From a virus (lineage: Duplodnaviria; Caudoviricetes), in IMG/VR virus record IMGVR_UViG_3300038456_000415, positions 1 through 59,268 of that record: DNA of 59,268 nt, one strand, 5' to 3'. The position numbers were made by a program, and so were the translations under genes. Under the pieces are notes generated by a model. The model made no database searches, had not been told where the DNA came from, and saw nothing but the letters and a program-made list of their open reading frames with translations. Of the stretch, positions 53,629-59,268 are shown in pieces. Numbering within the stretch: position 1 is the stretch's first letter; the number at the start of each line of letters is the position of its first letter.

Positions 53629-56600
53629 TTAGAGACCCTCGCCTTCGACCTGGAGGTTGATGCCGAGGCGCGCGTCCTGCTCGTCGAGGTTGAGGTTGTT
53701 GGAGCCCCAGACGAGAACCTTGTCGCTGAACTTCGTGCCCGTGACGGGGAGACCCTCGCCCCCGAGCCCGCGGTCCCCGGGGTAGGTGATGGCGATGTCC
53801 ACGTTCAAGCCCCCGGCGCTGATGTTCTCGACGGTGCCCTCGGCGACGATGCGCCCGGAGTTGCTGTCCGTAAGGTAGAAGCTCCCCACGGCCTCGGGCA
53901 CGGGCGGCACCCAGGGGCCCTTCCCGGCCAGCAGAGTGACCGTGGAGCCCGCGGGCACGTCGAAGGGCATCTTGTACGTGTAGTCGAGGCCGAGCACGTC
54001 GGTGCCGTACACGCCCAGGTAGGGGACCGCGAAGGCCGCCTCCGAGGACCCGAAATTCAGCACCAGATAACCCGGGGCGTTCGGGAACGCGGACGCGGAG
54101 CTGGAGAGCGTGAGCGTGGCGTATTGCTGGCCCGCGTACAGGGGCACCATGGTATGGCTCTGCACGCTCGTGATGCCCATGGGCGTCTCCCCGCTCGTGT
54201 CGTACACGTAGGGCCCGGGGATGGTGCCGCAGGGTGGCGCCGCGAAGGGGGTGATGACCGTGTCCAGACCCGCGTTGACGGTGTAGAAGGGGTATGCCGG
54301 GGTCTCGTAGTAGAAGTAGTCCCCGCTGACGGCCGTGACGGTCTGCCAGCCCTCGAGACCGCCACCTTGGACGGTGTCGCTGGCGCCGATGAAGACAAGC
54401 CCGGTTGTGATGCCGGGGGAGAGGCTATTCCCGGGGAACACGAAGGGGAACGTGAAAGGGAAGCCGCCGCTCGAACCGTAGATTGTCTCCAGCGCCCCGC
54501 CGGCCACCCACACGAAATCTTGGTCGTTCATGAGCACGGCAGTGCCCGCGGTCTCGTACACGTAGGTCGCATCGGGCATGGGCACGAGCCCGCGGGTCCA
54601 CAGCCCCGTAGCCGGGTTCCAGTACTCGAAGACCTGGGGGGCCGGGTCCCCGGCGGCGTCCGCGACGCCCCCGAAGACCAACACTTGGTTGCTCGCGGGT
54701 AGATACACGGCCTGGTGGCCCGCGCGCGGGAAGTTCATGTTCCCCGCGGGGGACCAGCTACCCGTACGCGGGTCCCAGATTTCGGCACTGGCTGTAGGCG
54801 GGGCCACGCCCAGTGCCGTGGCGGGTAGGAATGGTTGACCGAGTTTGTACGCGTACCCGCCGGTGACGAGGATGCGACCATCGGGGAGGAGCGTGGCCTG
54901 GTGACTGCTGCGAGCCCACGTCATGGCACCCGTGGACACCCAGGAAGAGGCGCCCTGCTGTAGCGCCTCGGTGGTGGCAAGCAACTGGCCACTGCCCTCC
55001 GTCAGGAGGTTCCCTCGGCCCCGAAGCCACGTGAGGTAAATATCGGTGGAGGAGCGCGTGGACGTCGGCGGATTGGGGCTCTGGAAGGGCGCCGGCAGGG
55101 CTCCGCTGACGCGCACGTCGTCGATGCTTCCGTAGAACTGCTCCCCGAGCTGGGGGCTCTCGCCGATGTGCCACTCGGAGCTGCCGCCACCGGTGGCGTT
55201 CGTGAGGCCCGAGACGAGCGTGCCCAGGGGCTGCCCATCGAGGTAGAATTGGACGTCGTAGGTCGTCGTCGAGCCAGGGGTCTGAGCCTTCGTGACGGCG
55301 ACGTGGTGCCACTTGATGGTGGGGTCGAGGGTTCCGGTCGCCGACGCGGTCGCGGCCGTGGCGTTCGTGCCATCCTGCCAGGTGAGGGCGAGCGTGAACA
55401 CGGACGTGCTGCCATTCCAGGCTGCGCTCAGGTTCGCGAGGATGTTCGTGGCTGAGCTACCCGCGGGACCCTCGTAGCTGAGGATGGTCTGGAGCGCACC
55501 CGAGGGGCCGGCTTGGATGTTGCCTATCCACGCCTCGATGGTACACGGCCCCAGGAGCGTGCTCACGGCGAGGGCGTTACCCGCCCCAGCCAGCACGATG
55601 CCGGCCCCGAATGCTCTTGCGTTGCCGATTTCCCCGGCGGTGTCCACGGTGGTGCCCGTGGGGGTGAGGTTGTACGCGTTGACGCCGCTGTCGATAGCGG
55701 TCGTGGGGGTGCTCTCGTCGAGGTGCCAGAGTGCGAGAACGAGGTTGTCGTTGACGGCGGCCTGTGCCAGCGTGCGCCCCCCGATTGCCATTACCCAGGA
55801 GTTGCCCTCGGCGTCCACGTAGGACACGCCCTGGTGCTCGGCTCGGCCCTGGAGAAGTGAGGGGCCTGACGTGACCGTGAGCTGGTTCCCGTCCGTGATG
55901 TCCACGTTGGCCACGGCGGCGGTGTTAACGGACGTCGCGCCCCCGGCGAAGACGACGTCACCGTTGCCGGCGAAGACGGACGCGCTCAGGCTAGAGCGAG
56001 CCACGGAGAGGGTGCCAGTCACGGTACTCCATGTCCCCGGTCCGCTCATGCCCGGCAGGTAGATATTGAGGTCGTTGTAGAAAGTGGGGGGGCCGCCAGT
56101 CAGGGTCAGGCCGCCACCTACGATGGCCCCACCGAGATTGTCACCCTGGGTGATGACCGCCATGGCGTGTCTCTCCACCGTGTGAGGGTAGCTCGCCGTG
56201 ACGACGTAATTGTAGGTCCACGAGTACCCACCGTTGGCCTCGAGGACGGGCGGAGGGAGAAGCTCAAACCGCTCGCACAGAGCCGTGGTGACACCATCGA
56301 TGTCTCCCCCGACCTGGAGCGCGAACGCCGGGGGGTCTATGACAATAGCGCTCGAGTTCGGGAGCAGTGCCGCCGTCCCAAATTCCACGGGTTCCGGAAC
56401 CTGGTCCGCGACCCGGATTTCCGAAAACTGGGACAGTGGAGACGCATCCGTGGTGCCATTACCGCCCGACGTACCCATCGTGCCCGAGATAACCGCGGGC
56501 AGCTCCAGGCTGGGAACGATGTTGTCGACGAAAATCTGCGACCCCGCGGTGAGCGTGTTGCCCGGCGCGTACACGGTCACGAGCCCGGTGTCGTCCCTGC

Positions 56601-57825
56601 TGATGGGCCATGCCCCGCCGGGAGCATTGGGGTTCACGAGCGGGGGCGCCACGTGCAGGTACGCGGCCGTGTCCACGCCCCTCTTGATGATGGCCGAGGT
56701 GGCGGGGATGATGACCTGGCAGGCGTCGGGCACGCTCTGGTCCACGACGACCGTGCGGCTCCCCAGGGCCTGCGTGGTCGCCTTCAGGGGGCGGTAGAAG
56801 CGCACATCGTCAAGGGTCACCTCGGCGACGCTGCTCTGGGGCGTGGACACGAAGTTCTCGACGTCCACGTACTGGACGAGGGTGGCGCCGCTGTAGGCCA
56901 CGTACACGTCCAGGATGGGGAAGCTCCCGCGGTTCTGGGGCTGGAAGGCGGCCCCGAAGACGTTCACGTAGTCCCCGGGGTGCACGCTCAGGAGGCTCAG
57001 CGCGCCCGAGACCAGGGCGAGGCGCATGATATTCGTCGGTGGATTGGTGGCGCTCGGCGGCGCCAAGGGGCTGTGCGTGTACACGTTCCAGACGAGGGTC
57101 GAGGGGACCGTGGCCGGCAGCGGCAGGGGCAACTGCTCCTCGAAGAGGAGCGCATTCTGGGCGCGGCCGCCGGTGACCTGCACGCTCGAGCGGAGCCCGA
57201 TGGTGCCGCTGTAGACGCGCACCGTCGAGAGGCTAGAGAGAGGGTCCGTCCACGCGATGGCGAAGCCATTGTTCCCGAGGACCTGAATGGCCCTGGTGAT
57301 GGCGACGGCGACCTCGATGGCCGTGGCCGCGCTGATGTTCGTGAAGTCCGCGGCCGAGAACGTGACGGGCACGGCGTTGACACCGTCGAAGAGGAGTTGG
57401 AGGTCCCAGCCGTCCTGGAGCGCGAAGGGCGCACCCGCGGCGGTCTCCTCGTAGGCGCAGACCGCATCCGTGCCGTAGAAGACCTGAAGCACCTTCAGGA
57501 TGGCGGGCTGCGTGAGCTGGTTGCTCTTGATGTCGATGCCGAGCTGGCGGAAGTCGGGGTCGCTGAGACCTATCCCCTCGGGCCGGTTGATACCGTTGTC
57601 GGCAAGTTGCCTATCGAGGAACTGCTCGCTGGCGCTGCTGATGAAGAGTTGGTCGAACGCGTACTCGGCATTGTCCCAGTTGGTGGCGTCACCCGAGCCG
57701 AGTGCGGCCACGATGGCCGTCCAGGCATCACCCTGCAACGCCGGATTGAGGAACTGGCGTATGAAGCCCTCGGGGGCCTGATTCTGGACCCCGGGGTTCG
57801 GGGTTGGGGGGATGGGGAGGAGCAT
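53629..57825 (-). CDS. Large baseplate/tail protein with Kelch repeats and LamG-like domain
   Basis: Baseplate-wedge-like N-terminus (SASEQFLD...GINRP.G.SDPDFR); Kelch (ARSSHQATLLPDGRILVTGG); LamG (LWHLDE, TIEAW, WHHVAVT, YLDG, FYGSIDDVRVS). Confidence 0.75.
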   Translation of the reverse strand: MLLPIPPTPNPGVQNQAPEGFIRQFLNPALQGDAWTAIVAALGSGDATNWDNAEYAFDQLFISSASEQFLDRQLADNGINRPEGIGLSDPDFRQLGIDIKSNQLTQPAILKVLQVFYGTDAVCAYEETAAGAPFALQDGWDLQLLFDGVNAVPVTFSAADFTNISAATAIEVAVAITRAIQVLGNNGFAIAWTDPLSSLSTVRVYSGTIGLRSSVQVTGGRAQNALLFEEQLPLPLPATVPSTLVWNVYTHSPLAPPSATNPPTNIMRLALVSGALSLLSVHPGDYVNVFGAAFQPQNRGSFPILDVYVAYSGATLVQYVDVENFVSTPQSSVAEVTLDDVRFYRPLKATTQALGSRTVVVDQSVPDACQVIIPATSAIIKRGVDTAAYLHVAPPLVNPNAPGGAWPISRDDTGLVTVYAPGNTLTAGSQIFVDNIVPSLELPAVISGTMGTSGGNGTTDASPLSQFSEIRVADQVPEPVEFGTAALLPNSSAIVIDPPAFALQVGGDIDGVTTALCERFELLPPPVLEANGGYSWTYNYVVTASYPHTVERHAMAVITQGDNLGGAIVGGGLTLTGGPPTFYNDLNIYLPGMSGPGTWSTVTGTLSVARSSLSASVFAGNGDVVFAGGATSVNTAAVANVDITDGNQLTVTSGPSLLQGRAEHQGVSYVDAEGNSWVMAIGGRTLAQAAVNDNLVLALWHLDESTPTTAIDSGVNAYNLTPTGTTVDTAGEIGNARAFGAGIVLAGAGNALAVSTLLGPCTIEAWIGNIQAGPSGALQTILSYEGPAGSSATNILANLSAAWNGSTSVFTLALTWQDGTNATAATASATGTLDPTIKWHHVAVTKAQTPGSTTTYDVQFYLDGQPLGTLVSGLTNATGGGSSEWHIGESPQLGEQFYGSIDDVRVSGALPAPFQSPNPPTSTRSSTDIYLTWLRGRGNLLTEGSGQLLATTEALQQGASSWVSTGAMTWARSSHQATLLPDGRILVTGGYAYKLGQPFLPATALGVAPPTASAEIWDPRTGSWSPAGNMNFPRAGHQAVYLPASNQVLVFGGVADAAGDPAPQVFEYWNPATGLWTRGLVPMPDATYVYETAGTAVLMNDQDFVWVAGGALETIYGSSGGFPFTFPFVFPGNSLSPGITTGLVFIGASDTVQGGGLEGWQTVTAVSGDYFYYETPAYPFYTVNAGLDTVITPFAAPPCGTIPGPYVYDTSGETPMGITSVQSHTMVPLYAGQQYATLTLSSSASAFPNAPGYLVLNFGSSEAAFAVPYLGVYGTDVLGLDYTYKMPFDVPAGSTVTLLAGKGPWVPPVPEAVGSFYLTDSNSGRIVAEGTVENISAGGLNVDIAITYPGDRGLGGEGLPVTGTKFSDKVLVWGSNNLNLDEQDARLGINLQVEGEGL

Positions 57826-57828
57826 CGG

Positions 57829-59268
57829 TTACGCACCCACACAAATCCAGTTCCAGGAAAAGGGTTCCGCATCTGTGTTTCCAGTCCCGTAGACGCTGAA
57901 AGAAATCGCCTTGGCCCCAACAGGACCGGAGAAATTGACCTGTGTGTACAGACTTCCACCAAAGACCGTTGCTGTAGCCCCAGAGGCATTCTGCACGATG
58001 ACGTAGGCGTAGTTGGGGAAGGGTTTGGTGAAAGTGACGGTGAATAGAAGACCCCCGGAGTACCCATTCGTAGAACCCGTGAATGAGACGTTTCCGCACA
58101 TGTCATTCGATGTTGCGTTGACGGCAGGTGAAGACAGTCCGGCCGACCCAGTGACGTTGGTCGCTGTGATGAGCTTCTGGCCGTTGCTGCGCAGTTGAGT
58201 GACCGCCAGCGCACCCTGGTAGTCCAGAGAGGCTATCTCGGTTCCATTGTTTCTGAGGCTTATGGCCTCACCACTGGTGATATTTCCCCCAGTATCGAGA
58301 ATCACTCCGGGACCAGCCCCGGCCGACATATTCCCGCTAAGAGTTAATGCTGAAATTTGTTCAGGAGCGATAAGAGGTGGTGTAGAAAGCTCTGTAGTCA
58401 ACAACTGCATGATACCTGTGCCACCGATGAGCCACTGGTGGGAGTAGCTGGAGGGTGCCTCGAACCTCAGGGAGGTGCTGCCTGTCAACAGCTGAATTGA
58501 AGCGTTTTCCGACGAGGCACCATTGAAGAATATGCTTGGGGACGCGTTCGTGCTACCTGAGGAGGGCCCGATGTTCAGGTTGCCTAGGTAATCAAAGTTG
58601 GCTTTTTCGGTTCCGTTGCTCTGGAAGCTGGCGATTTCGCCACCCGAGGTCAGGGTCGTCGGACCAGAATTGATGATGACGCCAATGCCGGTGGCAGCGG
58701 CATTCCCCTGGACCGTCAGGGCCGTCGAGGCCGTATTCTGGTAGATGCCCAGAACACCACCTTCAACGAGCAGCTGCGTCGTGGTCAGTGCCCCACGAAT
58801 CGTGCCCGCAATGGAGAAACTATGGCTTGCCGCGGCAGCGCTGTAGAGTAGAGGTCCTGTGCTGGAACCAACGATGGTGCTCTGCTCAGCCGTGCCGCTT
58901 GAGGCCGCGTTGAAGTAGATGGTGGGTGACAGCGTAGCCGTGCCCCCGTTGACACCGAGGTTCAGGTTGCCTTCCCAGTCGAAACTGTCGACGATGGTGC
59001 CGTCGTTCTCAATCTCGAGGACCTGGCCGGAGGTCATGGTCGTGGTACCACTGTTGATGATGACCCCGGGACCGTTCGCACCGGCATTACCGGTGAGAGT
59101 GAGCGCGAACTCGGCGGTGACGACCGCGACCCCGACCTTACCGGTGCTGGACGTGAAGGCGAGAGAATCGTTCCGGGCCGATACGACTTCGATGCTGCCC
59201 GGGACGGTGCCGCTGAGGTCCCCACTGACGATGCCACCACCACCGCCACCAGCTGCGGCGGGTACCCA
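57829..59268 (-). CDS. Tail fibre protein (5' end outside the window)
   Basis: Frame stays open from 59268 through the track's ATG at 59037; three ALTxxGN..GxGVIxxxG...GxLx repeats; C-terminal VTFTKPFPN...WICVG fibre-tip motif. Confidence 0.75.
   Translation of the reverse strand, partial: WVPAAAGGGGGGIVSGDLSGTVPGSIEVVSARNDSLAFTSSTGKVGVAVVTAEFALTLTGNAGANGPGVIINSGTTTMTSGQVLEIENDGTIVDSFDWEGNLNLGVNGGTATLSPTIYFNAASSGTAEQSTIVGSSTGPLLYSAAAASHSFSIAGTIRGALTTTQLLVEGGVLGIYQNTASTALTVQGNAAATGIGVIINSGPTTLTSGGEIASFQSNGTEKANFDYLGNLNIGPSSGSTNASPSIFFNGASSENASIQLLTGSTSLRFEAPSSYSHQWLIGGTGIMQLLTTELSTPPLIAPEQISALTLSGNMSAGAGPGVILDTGGNITSGEAISLRNNGTEIASLDYQGALAVTQLRSNGQKLITATNVTGSAGLSSPAVNATSNDMCGNVSFTGSTNGYSGGLLFTVTFTKPFPNYAYVIVQNASGATATVFGGSLYTQVNFSGPVGAKAISFSVYGTGNTDAEPFSWNWICVGA

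Noticed and set aside
6258-54484. AATCTA/TAGATT hits inside coding regions (about 6258, 18445, 20689, 24226, 46348, 54479)
   Set aside because: Explained by codons such as GAA ATC TAC and not near gene starts; the hit at 42818 is ambiguous and left uncalled
59034-59249. Separate 71-aa ORF
   Set aside because: The tail fibre frame is open to the window edge and continues its repeat pattern
1-59268. Stop-codon reassignment
   Set aside because: Conserved genes are uninterrupted in the standard code, and all three stop codons end coupled genes
1-59268. tRNA, rRNA, integrase, reverse transcriptase or DGR
   Set aside because: Intergenic gaps are short and no such motifs were recognised; a covariance-model scan was not run

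Overview
A 59-kb segment of a large, GC-rich tailed dsDNA phage, probably a myovirus. The host may be Myxococcota-like, inferred only from the Kelch repeat style and GC content. The left arm (1-12.7 kb, minus strand) holds head morphogenesis, portal, TerL/TerS, Mre11/SbcD-like nuclease, GroES-like, a sigma-70-family factor truncated after region 4.1, an SF2 helicase and a P-loop kinase. At the strand switch (12.8-13.0 kb) is a 22-bp iteron array with a pyrimidine tract, next to an HTH initiator-like gene (probable origin). The middle block (13-49 kb, plus strand) holds GroEL, Rad50/SbcC, class II RNR, DnaE, SSB, RecA, primase, DnaB, ClpP, a PLP aminotransferase, CYTH, RNA ligase, a cyclic-phosphate-processing REC protein, peptide deformylase and several homing endonucleases. 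The right arm (49-59 kb, minus strand) holds tail and baseplate genes. The most notable signal is an apparently complete three-tier transcription cascade. There are three promoter classes (TTGAC-N17-TAnnnT, TGTGGTAYAGT, YAATCTA), a divergent sigma-2-like protein with an HxxxCxxC tail behind a host-type promoter, and a sigma factor lacking region 4.2 whose missing HTH appears as a separate 75-aa gene. Also notable are the apparent absence of GATC and a reverse-topology spanin candidate. All calls come from motif recognition by eye; no searches were run.
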